Assembly: GCA_037481835.1 (NCBI GenBank)
Contig: JBBFKW010000023.1
Span: forward strand, 1-27,647
DNA: 27,647 nt
Reading direction: 5' to 3'
Source of the DNA: Desulfosoma sp.
GTDB taxonomy: Bacteria; Desulfobacterota; Syntrophobacteria; Syntrophobacterales; DSM-9756
The notes under the pieces: generated by a model
What the model was told of the DNA's origin: nothing
Databases searched by the model: none
What the model saw: only the letters and a program-made list of their open reading frames with translations
Translations under genes and position numbers: made by a program
Part shown: one piece after another, positions 9,332-17,751 of the stretch
Layout of the letters: the number at the start of each line of letters is the position of its first letter
How positions within the stretch are numbered: position 1 is the first letter of the stretch

Positions 9332-10083
9332 ACGCGCACCGCATCCTGGGCTACTCGGTGAGCGCCCGAGGGCTCCAGCAGGACGTGGACCAGGCGTTAC
9401 GCTGGATCCGGGAGCCCGGAACGCTCCGGTACGTGGCCTGCCTCAACCCCCATTCCGTGGAAACCGCCGCAAAGGATCCCTTCTTCCGTCGGGCCCTGGA
9501 AAACGCGGATCTTCTCCTTCCGGACGGCACGGGCATCGTTCTTGCCTCGTGGCTCCTGGGTGAACCTGTGAAGGAAAAGGTCGCCGGGTTCGATTTCTTC
9601 ATGGGCGTGAGCCGGCGGCTCCAAGACCGGGGAGGTGCCAGGTACTTTTTCCTGGGTTCTTCGGACGCTGTCCTTTCCCGGATGGTGAGCCGGCTGGGTC
9701 GCGACTTTCCGGCCATCCAAGTGTGCGGCGCCTATTCGCCGCCCTTCAAGCAGGTGTTCAGCCGGGAGGAGACGGACCGGATGGTGGAGATTGTGAATCG
9801 GGCGCGGCCGGATGTGTTGTGGGTCGGCATGACCGCACCGAAGCAGGAAAAGTGGATCTATGAGAACCGGCATCGGTTGAACGTTCCGCTGGCGGCGGCC
9901 GTGGGCGCCGTGTTTGACTTCTACGCGGGCACCAAGCCCCGGAGCGGGCCGGGATGGATCGCTCTCGGCCTGGAATGGCTGCCGCGGTTTTTGCGGGAAC
10001 CCAAGCGGCTGTGGGAGAGGAACATGAAGTCCACACCGCGGTTTCTGGTGAGGGTCTTGCGAGAAAAGACGGCCGGGAGATAG
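9328..10083 (+). CDS. WecB/TagA/CpsF family glycosyltransferase (GT26, WecG-like)
   Basis: ADLLLPDGTGI, FFLGS, PDVLWVGMTAPKQEKW, GAVFDFYAG, GLEWLPRFLREPKRLW. Confidence 0.93.
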   Translation: MNAHRILGYSVSARGLQQDVDQALRWIREPGTLRYVACLNPHSVETAAKDPFFRRALENADLLLPDGTGIVLASWLLGEPVKEKVAGFDFFMGVSRRLQDRGGARYFFLGSSDAVLSRMVSRLGRDFPAIQVCGAYSPPFKQVFSREETDRMVEIVNRARPDVLWVGMTAPKQEKWIYENRHRLNVPLAAAVGAVFDFYAGTKPRSGPGWIALGLEWLPRFLREPKRLWERNMKSTPRFLVRVLREKTAGR

Positions 10084-10113
10084 AGTTCTTAAAGAGCGCG
10101 CGGAGAGGCGGGG

Positions 10114-10196
10114 TTCTCACAGAGCGCACAGAGGGCACAGAGAAAAGACTTTTATGGATTTTTCTCTCTGATGGCTCTGCGGGCTCTGTGAGAGAC
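10114..10196 (+). repeat. Hairpin direct repeat, copy 1 (three CAGAG units at 9-nt period, AT-rich loop, three CTCTG units)
   Basis: TTCTCACAGAGCGCACAGAGGGCACAGAGAAAA...CTCTGATGGCTCTGCGGGCTCTGTGAGAGAC. A degenerate extra left arm precedes it at about 10086-10110. Confidence 0.92.
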
Positions 10197-10202
10197 ACAC
10201 CG

Positions 10203-10616
10203 ATGGACAGGCGGCGAGAACATCTCAACAGGATATCGGAGAGGGTCATTGGGGCGGCCATTTGGGTGCACCGGGAGCTGGGCCCGGGGCTGCTGGAATC
10301 GGTCTACGAGCGCTGCCTGGAAATGGAGCTTCGAGCTTCGGGGCTTGCCGTGGAAGTTCAGGTGCCCGTGCCCGTCGTCTACCGCGGCGAGGAGATTTCC
10401 GAGTGCGGCTTTCGGCTGGATCTCCTGGTGGAAGGCCTGGTGGTGGTGGAGCTCAAGTCCGTGGAGCAGGTCCAGCCGGTCCACAAAAAACAGCTGCTCA
10501 CCTATCTGAAACTGGCGCGGAAGCCCCTGGGGCTGCTCATCAACTTCAACGAGGTGATGCTGAAGGACGGTATCACGAGGATTGTTTGGGATCTCTCACA
10601 GAGCACACGGAGATGA
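10203..10616 (+). CDS. GxxExxY protein (PD-(D/E)xK nuclease-like)
   Basis: VHRELGPGLLESVYERCL (GxxExxY), FRLDLLVE...VVELKSV, QLLTYLK...GLLINF. 137 aa from ATG 10203. Confidence 0.93.
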   Translation: MDRRREHLNRISERVIGAAIWVHRELGPGLLESVYERCLEMELRASGLAVEVQVPVPVVYRGEEISECGFRLDLLVEGLVVVELKSVEQVQPVHKKQLLTYLKLARKPLGLLINFNEVMLKDGITRIVWDLSQSTRR

Positions 10617-10628
10617 TAGAGAGGGGGC

Positions 10629-10714
10629 TTCTCACAGAGCGCACAGAGGGCACAGAGAAAAAAGATTCTTTAAAATTTTTTTGCTCTGATGGCTCTGCTG
10701 GCTCTGTGAGAGAC
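10629..10714 (+). repeat. Hairpin direct repeat, copy 2
   Basis: Left arm identical to copy 1; right arm differs by one base (CTGG vs CGGG); loop differs. An extra degenerate left arm TCTCACAGAGCACACGGAGATGATAGAG at 10594-10621 overlaps the GxxExxY stop. Confidence 0.92.
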
Positions 10715-10731
10715 CCAAAGACCCGGTGAGA

Positions 10732-12324
10732 ATGCACAGAAATCGACTGACCATCGTTTCCCTGACGCTGGCCGTCACCTTCGCCGTCCTCCTCTTTCGG
10801 GAGGCGCTGGTGTATATGGTGGGCCGCTGGGCGAGTCCGGACTACAACCACTGCGCCATCATGCCGGTGGTGATCGCCTATCTCGTGTGGGAGCGGCGCA
10901 GAGCCTTCACGGCGCAGCCGGCGACGACCTCGTGGGGGGGGCTCGCCGCAATGGCCGCCGGTCTTAGCCTCTATTGGCTCGGCGAACTGGCGGGGGAGTA
11001 TTTTACGCTCTATACCGCCTTTTTCTTCACGTTGGTGGGGCTGCTGTGGACCCACCTGGGCTGGGCGCGCCTTCGCCCCATTGTGTTTCCCGTGGCGCTC
11101 ATTCCCACCATGTTTCCTTTACCGACTTTTCTTAACAACAAGCTCACCTTCCATCTCCAGCTCGCCTCCTCCGCCCTGGGGGTAAGGCTCCTCCAGCTTT
11201 TCGGCCTGCCGGCCTTGAGGGAAGGCAACGTGATCGATCTTGGCTTCACGCAACTCCAAGTGGTGGAAGCCTGCAGCGGGTTGCGCTTTGTTTTTCCTCT
11301 GGCCATCCTCGGGGTGCTTCTTGCCTCCTTCATGCGCGGCCCGCTGTGGAAAAAAGCCTGCCTCGTTCTGAGCACCCTGCCTTTGTCCGTGGGACTGAAC
11401 GCCTTTCGCATTGCGGCCACAGGCGTGCTGCACCAAAGCCTGGGCGCGGAAGCGGCGGAAGGGTTTTTCCACGATTTTTCGGGCTGGGTGGTTTTCATGG
11501 TCGCTTTGGGGGTTTTGCTTGGGGAAATGTATGTTTTGGGAAAGCTCGGCCCGCGCCGGTCGGCGGCCGGTTCCGGGACCCCGAGGTTTGCCCCCGGGCC
11601 TATACGAGAAGAAAGCTTTGAGACCTCGGATGTCTCCAAACCCGAAAGGCTTCCTTGGCGCAATATGCCGAAAGTCCGGCGAGAGTGGATCCCGTGTGCC
11701 CTGGCGCTCTCCCTCTTGTGTGCCACCCTGGTCATGTCCTACGGCCTGAACTTTCGGCGCCCCGTTGCCCCGGCACAGCCTCTGGCAACTTTCCCCTTAA
11801 AACTGGGACCCTATGAAGGGCAAAGGGCTTTTCTCGATGCCAAGGTTTTGGATGAACTGGACGTGACAGACTACACGGCCGTCCTCTACGGCGCCGGCAA
11901 CCAGCCCCCTATTGATTTCTACGTGGCTTATTACGCAGAGCAACGGAAAGGAGAGTCCATCCACTCGCCGGAAACCTGTCTTCCCGGGGCCGGCTGGGTC
12001 GTGGAACACGCCGGCGCCATCGAAGTCAGGCTTCCGGGGACCATTGGAAAAAGCTTTTCGGCCAACCGGATTGTCCTGCGCAAATTCGGGCGCGTCTCTG
12101 TCGGCTATTTCTGGTTCGACCTGGCCGGCCGCATCGCCGTGAATGCTTACCAGGTCAAACTTTCCAACTTCTGGAACGCGCTGACGCAAAGACGCACGGA
12201 CGGCGCCTTGGTCCGGGTGATGACCGAGGTGGGCCCTTCCGAAACGCTCGAGGAAGCCGATCGGCGGCTGACGCGATTTCTCGCCGAGGTCCTTCCGGTC
12301 TTGAACGCCTATCTCGGACGATAA
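10732..12324 (+). CDS. xrtD: Exosortase D (VPLPA-CTERM type) with C-terminal EpsI domain
   Basis: W...DYNH, REGNVIDLG..QLQVVEACSGLR (Cys), NAFRI (Arg), FFHDFSGW (His); EpsI-like HSPETCLPGAGW and RRTDGALVRV. Nearby substrates end VPIPG/IPLPG. Start is GTG 10726 or ATG 10732. Confidence 0.85.
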   Translation: MHRNRLTIVSLTLAVTFAVLLFREALVYMVGRWASPDYNHCAIMPVVIAYLVWERRRAFTAQPATTSWGGLAAMAAGLSLYWLGELAGEYFTLYTAFFFTLVGLLWTHLGWARLRPIVFPVALIPTMFPLPTFLNNKLTFHLQLASSALGVRLLQLFGLPALREGNVIDLGFTQLQVVEACSGLRFVFPLAILGVLLASFMRGPLWKKACLVLSTLPLSVGLNAFRIAATGVLHQSLGAEAAEGFFHDFSGWVVFMVALGVLLGEMYVLGKLGPRRSAAGSGTPRFAPGPIREESFETSDVSKPERLPWRNMPKVRREWIPCALALSLLCATLVMSYGLNFRRPVAPAQPLATFPLKLGPYEGQRAFLDAKVLDELDVTDYTAVLYGAGNQPPIDFYVAYYAEQRKGESIHSPETCLPGAGWVVEHAGAIEVRLPGTIGKSFSANRIVLRKFGRVSVGYFWFDLAGRIAVNAYQVKLSNFWNALTQRRTDGALVRVMTEVGPSETLEEADRRLTRFLAEVLPVLNAYLGR

Positions 12325-12333
12325 GCCGGTCAT

Positions 12334-13995
12334 ATGTTTCTCATCTATCAGCTTTGCCTCTCCGCAGTGCTCACGACGACCCTCATGCCCGTGTTCCTTA
12401 AATCGGGGGCTCGCCTGGGTCTGATGGATAAGCCCGGCGGGCGCCATATCCACGAGCGCCCGGTGCCCAGAGTGGGAGGAATGGCCATGGCCTTAGGGAT
12501 CGCCCTCAGCCTGGCCCTTTTGAACCGTGATGTCCCCCTGCTTCGAGGATTGTTCGCCGGCGGCCTCATCCTCTTGGTTTCCGGAACCGCCGATGACCGT
12601 TGGGATCTGGATTACAGGCTGAAACTCCTCTGCCAGTGTCTTGCGGTCGGCGCCGCCGTGTGGCTTTCCGGACTCCGGTTGGGCGGACTCGGCCAAATCC
12701 TGCCGGGCACGAGCATCGCCTTGGGCGTGATGGATTTTCCTGCCACCGCCTTTTTCCTTCTCATCGCCATCAATTCGGTCAACTTGGCCGACGGCTTGGA
12801 CGGTTTGGCCTCGGGACTATGCCTTCTGGTCCTGACCGCCGTCGCCATTTTGAGCTTTGCCGAGAACAACCCGCGCCCTCTACCTGTCGCACTCGCGACT
12901 GCGGGGGCCATCACGGGATTTTTGCGCTATAACAGCCACCCCGCCCAGGTATTCATGGGGGATGCGGGAAGCCAAGTCCTGGGATTCCTTGTGGGGATGA
13001 GCCTCCTTGTCTACCATGAGGGTCGAGGGACACCCAATCCGGCCCTTCTGCTCTTCCTCTTGGGGGTTCCCGCTCTCGACACCGCTTGCGTAATGATCCA
13101 GAGGATCCTGGAAGGCCAGCCCCTTTTCCAGGCAGACCGCAATCACCTGCATCACATTCTCTTGCGCAGGGGGCTGACCCACGAACATGCGGTCATTGCC
13201 CTCTACGGACTGCAGGTCCTTTGCATGGCTTTGGCGATTTTCCTGGCCCGCTTGCCCACATACCCCGTTTTCGTCTTGATGCTTGTCCTTTTCGCCCTCT
13301 TCGTTTCCGGCGTCCTGGCTTTTGCGCGGATGCCCTTTGATCCCTTGCTTAGATTCCTTAACAGGAAAGTGCTCCTGCGGCTGGAAAGCCCGACGGAAAC
13401 GGCCGTTTCGCGGGCACGGCGCGTCATCGCCAAAGTGCTATCGGCGGGATCCCTGGGCGCCTTGGCTGCTTTTCTTTTGGTCGGGCCCCTTTGGGTTCGG
13501 CCTATTCCTCACGAAATCGGGCTGCTCGCCGGCGCTCTTGCGGCGGCTGTGTGTGCGGGGCGACTATTCAGCCCCAGCACGTTGGAATTCATGGTCAAGC
13601 TTGGAGCCTACTTTTGCGGTCTGTACTACGTCTCGCGCCTGGGGTTCGCCTTTCGCGAAGGCGTTTGGGGCATGGAACAGCTCTGGCTTTACAATCGTCT
13701 TTTCCATATCATGGGCCTGTGCTATTTTACGGCCTTAACTTTGGATCCTAAAACCGTTCCCCTCGCCAGCTCTGACTACCTCTTGGGAGGAATTGCCTTG
13801 TTACTGTTTCTCATTCCTTCCGATCTTCTTAAAATCTATCGACTTCACGATATGGGAGCGCGTATTTTTGTCTTGTTCTTGTGCCTGCAATCGGCGTGGT
13901 ATCGAACGCGTCATCGGCCGGACCTGCTCTTAGTGCCTGTCGCGGCATCTCTGGGTCTCATGGCCCTTTTGGCGTATTGGCCCTGGATTTTTTGA
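12334..13995 (+). CDS. wecA: MraY/WecA-family undecaprenyl-phosphate HexNAc-1-phosphate transferase with C-terminal membrane extension
   Basis: DKPGGRHIH..PVPRVGG, ADDR, NSVNLADGLDGL, FMGDAGS, ADRNHLHH. Confidence 0.85.
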   Translation: MFLIYQLCLSAVLTTTLMPVFLKSGARLGLMDKPGGRHIHERPVPRVGGMAMALGIALSLALLNRDVPLLRGLFAGGLILLVSGTADDRWDLDYRLKLLCQCLAVGAAVWLSGLRLGGLGQILPGTSIALGVMDFPATAFFLLIAINSVNLADGLDGLASGLCLLVLTAVAILSFAENNPRPLPVALATAGAITGFLRYNSHPAQVFMGDAGSQVLGFLVGMSLLVYHEGRGTPNPALLLFLLGVPALDTACVMIQRILEGQPLFQADRNHLHHILLRRGLTHEHAVIALYGLQVLCMALAIFLARLPTYPVFVLMLVLFALFVSGVLAFARMPFDPLLRFLNRKVLLRLESPTETAVSRARRVIAKVLSAGSLGALAAFLLVGPLWVRPIPHEIGLLAGALAAAVCAGRLFSPSTLEFMVKLGAYFCGLYYVSRLGFAFREGVWGMEQLWLYNRLFHIMGLCYFTALTLDPKTVPLASSDYLLGGIALLLFLIPSDLLKIYRLHDMGARIFVLFLCLQSAWYRTRHRPDLLLVPVAASLGLMALLAYWPWIF

Positions 13996-14079
13996 TGTCT
14001 TTTCGATTGCTCGCCCGTTTGCTAAATTAAAACTTAAAGATTCATCCAAGCCGCCCACTCCATACGAAGGAGCCGAACC

Positions 14080-14655
14080 ATGGGAAAGAAGCTTTCGCTG
14101 CTGATCTTCTGTTCAACCCTGATTTCGGGTTTTCTTACCCCCTGTATGGGAACGGCGCAAAGCGTCACCGAAGAAGACTACCTCATCGCCCCAGGAGATA
14201 CTCTGGAAATCTCCATTTACGGTGAACCGGACCTGGTGCGCGAACTGGTCGTGCGTCCAGACGGCAAGGTCTCTTTTCCCTTGGTGGGCGACATTCGCGC
14301 CGCAGGCCTGACGACCACGAAAATCAAGGAAATCGTGGAAGGCAAAGTGAAGGGCTATATCCCCTCGGCCAACGCGTCGGTGATTGTCTCCCAACTGGGA
14401 AGCCTACAGTTTTATGTCATCGGTCGGGTGAACAAACCCGGAATGTTCAACGTTTCCAAACCGTTGAGCGTCCTGGAGGCTCTGGCATTGGCCGGCGGCA
14501 CCACACCTTTTGCCAAGGAAGACCGTATTCTTATCATTCGCGGCCATGGGAAAGATACGGTCAAGATCCCTTTCAACCTCCAAGACATCAAAGAAGGTCG
14601 GCGCTTGGAACAAAACATCGTGCTGGAACGGCAGGATGTCATCGTGGTCCCCTAG
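14080..14655 (+). CDS. wza: Short OPX polysaccharide export protein (Poly_export + SLBB)
   Basis: YLIAPGDTLEI...VRPDGKVSFPLVGDI.AAG, G.VNKPG, EALALAGG, ends DVIVVP. RBS AAGGAG upstream. Confidence 0.9.
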   Translation: MGKKLSLLIFCSTLISGFLTPCMGTAQSVTEEDYLIAPGDTLEISIYGEPDLVRELVVRPDGKVSFPLVGDIRAAGLTTTKIKEIVEGKVKGYIPSANASVIVSQLGSLQFYVIGRVNKPGMFNVSKPLSVLEALALAGGTTPFAKEDRILIIRGHGKDTVKIPFNLQDIKEGRRLEQNIVLERQDVIVVP

Positions 14656-14700
14656 GGCGAGCCGACACAGCGTGAAACCCCTTCTCAGAGAGGTCGGTTC

Positions 14701-15930
14701 ATGAAACGCAAACCATGGAGGATGGGGATCGGGGCCTTCTGGGCCCTGGTTTTGGCCGCCTCACTTTCCGCGCACGCTCAGGAATGGTATGTGACCCCGT
14801 GGATTGAAGCGCGCACCGAATACAATAGCAATGTGCTTTACACCGCGGAAAACGAAGTGGACGACATCGTCCTCCGTATACGCCCCGGCTTTTCCGCCGT
14901 CTACGGGATGGAGCGGACTCGATGGACGTGGGATACGGCCCTTGAAGGCCAGGTCTACGCGGATAACTCAGGGCTCAACACCGTGGATGTTCTGAGCACC
15001 GCCGGGGTTGTACACCAATGGACGGACCGGCTCTCTTCTCGTGCGGGATTCTATTTTCTCAAGGACGAAACCTTGGACTCGGAACTTCAAGAATCAGGGC
15101 TTTATGCCAAGCGGGAAACCCGATATACATACGGCCCCGATTTCGGCATAAGCTATCTCCTCACAGATCGTGTCGGCATCGACGGCGGTCTCGGGCTGCG
15201 GCGCACCGATTACGACTACGACCCCTATCCGGATCGCACCACATGGATCGCAACCGTGAGCCCTTACTACATGGTCACACCTCGGGACCGCGTGGGAGTG
15301 TCCTTTGGGGTGAGCTATTCGGATTACGAAAACACCTCCACCATCGCCACCTTCAGCAATTCGCTCTTCTGGCGCCGCGAACTGGCGGAATCGGCCTATC
15401 TCCTCCTGAGTGCGGGCTATCGGGTCACTCGCACCACCTTGGAAGAAAACTCCATCCAGATCGTCATCGATCCCATCACCAACGAGCTTTTCTTCGTCCC
15501 CATCACGAAAGAGAGATCCTCCTCGGACCTGGGATTCATCTTTGCGGCTACCCTGGTGAAGGAACTGACCGAGACCGTATCCGTCTCTTTGAGCGCGGGC
15601 CGGGATCAATACAACAGCGTGACGGCGGCAAGCAACGAAAGAACATTCCTGCGCGGCACCACCTCCTGGCGTCTTTCGGAGCGCACAACCGCCCATCTCA
15701 GTGCCGGGTACGACTACACGACGGAAGAAGCGGGCGTCGGTGACGAAAAAACCCATTATGTGTTCCTGTCCCCTCACATTTCTTATCGCCTACGGCAGAA
15801 CTTGTCCCTGTTGGGCGGGGCTGCGTACGAACACTCCTTTGTCGATTACGCCTCGCAAGATACCGATAAAAACCGACAGCGCCTATGGGCCGGGCTGCGC
15901 TACGAATGGCCCAGGGCTTGGGGAAACTGA
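14701..15930 (+). CDS. Outer-membrane beta-barrel protein associated with polysaccharide export
   Basis: Signal peptide ending AHA; alternating aromatic-rich beta strands; YNSNV near the N-terminus; terminal strand LWAGLRYEW; position between wza and the co-polymerase. Confidence 0.75.
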   Translation: MKRKPWRMGIGAFWALVLAASLSAHAQEWYVTPWIEARTEYNSNVLYTAENEVDDIVLRIRPGFSAVYGMERTRWTWDTALEGQVYADNSGLNTVDVLSTAGVVHQWTDRLSSRAGFYFLKDETLDSELQESGLYAKRETRYTYGPDFGISYLLTDRVGIDGGLGLRRTDYDYDPYPDRTTWIATVSPYYMVTPRDRVGVSFGVSYSDYENTSTIATFSNSLFWRRELAESAYLLLSAGYRVTRTTLEENSIQIVIDPITNELFFVPITKERSSSDLGFIFAATLVKELTETVSVSLSAGRDQYNSVTAASNERTFLRGTTSWRLSERTTAHLSAGYDYTTEEAGVGDEKTHYVFLSPHISYRLRQNLSLLGGAAYEHSFVDYASQDTDKNRQRLWAGLRYEWPRAWGN

Positions 15931-15944
15931 GGAAAAGAAGCGGT

Positions 15945-17714
15945 ATGCCCTTACCATCATCGCAGCATGACGATTTTCAAAAACTGCGCCGTATCCTTAA
16001 ACGGCGATTCGGCTGGCTCGTCCTGCCTTTTCTCTTGACAGTCCTGGCATCCGTCGCCCTGGCTTTGGCTTTACCCAATATTTACCAGTCCACCGCCACA
16101 ATCCTCGTCAGAGACCAGCGCATCCCGGACAATTTGGTCCCATCTACGGTGCCCACTTACGCCGATGAACGGGTCCAGGCTATCACCCAAGAAGTGGTGA
16201 GTCGCACACGTATCGTCAACCTGGCCGAAAAATACAATCTTCTCGGCGAAAAGCGCCGAAAGATGCCCATCGAAGACATGATGGAAAAGATCAAGAGCCG
16301 GTTGACCATCGAACCCGTCAACGCGGAAGTGAACACCGGCCGGTCCGATCGCCCCGTGACGCTGATGATCGCCTTTCGCCTCTCATACGAGGACGAATCG
16401 CCCAAGATCGCCCAAGCCGTCACCAACGAAATTGCGTCTTACTATCTTGAGAAAAATCTGGAATCCCGGGAAAGGATCGCCCGAGGCACGACCCAGTTCC
16501 TCCAGGAGCAGATGGAACAGGTGAAGGCCCGGATCGGCGAATTGGAAAACACTGTGGCGGAATTCCGCAAAGCCCACATGGAAGAACTGCCCGAATTTAC
16601 GCAGCTCAACATGCAAAGGCTGGAAAAACTCAACGCGGACATCGGCAACATCAACATGCAACTGCGCCACTTGGAGGAACAGAAAGCGGCGATCCGTTCC
16701 CAGTTGGCGGCTCTTGGGCCTTATGCCGGATCCTCCGCATCGGGACCCGTGCTTTCACCGGCTCTCAGACTCCAACAAGCCCGCATGGAGCGCGCCCAGA
16801 TGGCCGCCCGCTATTCGGAAGACCACCCGCTGGTTCAGGCCAAAAACCGGGAAATCGCCTTGCTGGAAAAGTCTGTGAGCGGCACGGCCGGTTTTCAGGA
16901 TACCCGCGATAGGGTCCAGCAATTGGAAAACCAACTGGCCAGCCTCACGGCCCGCTACAGCAGCGATCATCCCGAAGTGCAAAAAGTACGGAAAGAACTG
17001 GAAAAGGTGAGAGCCGAGCTCGCTTATTTGGAAAAATCTTCGCGCCGAAGCGGGGAGGCGCCGTCCAGCGATGCTCCAGCAAACCCGGCTTTTGTCAGTC
17101 TCAAGGCCGACTTGGCAAAAATCGAAGTGTCCATCAACTCCCTCAAGGAAGAAAAGGAACACCTGGAGGAGCAGTCGCGTCAGCTTTACGAAAAGTTGCA
17201 AGCCATGCCCGAAGTGGCCAAGCAGTACAGTTCTCTTGTCACGGAATTGGATATGGCCAAAGCCCACTACCAAGAACTGCAGCAGAAATTCCTGGCTGCC
17301 AAGGTCTCTCAAAGCATGGAAGAAGACCGTTTGGGGGAAACCTTCGAGGTCATCGAGCCGGCCTTGCTGCCCGAAAAGCCGGCAAAACCGAACCGGATCG
17401 CCATCGGGCTCATCGGCGCCGTGCTGGGTCTCGGCCTTTCTGTGGGACTGGCGGCTTTGCGCGAATTTACCGATGTACGCCTGCACGACCGGGAAGACCT
17501 GGAGCGGATTGCCGACATGCCCGTTTTGAGCCTCATTCCGGCCTTGGTGACCGAAGAAGACCGGCGCCGAAAGCGCCGAAGGCGCCTTGTGCTTGCCGCT
17601 GCCGGCTTGGGATCCACAGCGGGGCTCGTCATTCTCTTTCATCTGCTCGTCATGGACCTGCACATTTTTTATGCCAAAGTCGTGCGCTTCCTAGAAAGCC
17701 GATGGATACTGTGA
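15945..17714 (+). CDS. Polysaccharide co-polymerase / chain-length determinant (GumC/Wzc periplasmic part, no kinase domain)
   Basis: N-terminal TM followed by PNIYQSTATI; long coiled coils with two YS.DHP.V repeats; VIEPALLPEKPAKPNR followed by TM. Confidence 0.88.
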   Translation: MPLPSSQHDDFQKLRRILKRRFGWLVLPFLLTVLASVALALALPNIYQSTATILVRDQRIPDNLVPSTVPTYADERVQAITQEVVSRTRIVNLAEKYNLLGEKRRKMPIEDMMEKIKSRLTIEPVNAEVNTGRSDRPVTLMIAFRLSYEDESPKIAQAVTNEIASYYLEKNLESRERIARGTTQFLQEQMEQVKARIGELENTVAEFRKAHMEELPEFTQLNMQRLEKLNADIGNINMQLRHLEEQKAAIRSQLAALGPYAGSSASGPVLSPALRLQQARMERAQMAARYSEDHPLVQAKNREIALLEKSVSGTAGFQDTRDRVQQLENQLASLTARYSSDHPEVQKVRKELEKVRAELAYLEKSSRRSGEAPSSDAPANPAFVSLKADLAKIEVSINSLKEEKEHLEEQSRQLYEKLQAMPEVAKQYSSLVTELDMAKAHYQELQQKFLAAKVSQSMEEDRLGETFEVIEPALLPEKPAKPNRIAIGLIGAVLGLGLSVGLAALREFTDVRLHDREDLERIADMPVLSLIPALVTEEDRRRKRRRRLVLAAAGLGSTAGLVILFHLLVMDLHIFYAKVVRFLESRWIL

Positions 17715-17751
17715 AGGCGGCACGCCTTTCCCCACAAGGACACCCTATCCC

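Noticed and set aside
9954..10202. N-terminal extension of the GxxExxY ORF (220-aa version) and ORF 10262..10729
   Set aside because: They overlap real genes and read through the hairpin repeats (LTERTEGTEK appears in both); family similarity starts at Met 10203.
10114..10714. CRISPR array or integron attC interpretation of the two repeats
   Set aside because: Only two ~85-bp units separated by a whole gene; no cas or integrase gene; no RYYYAAC/GTTRRRY core sites.
14006..14024. Sigma-54-like site TTGCTCGCCCGTTTGCT upstream of wza
   Set aside because: Lacks the invariant GG at -24 and the GG-N10-GC spacing.
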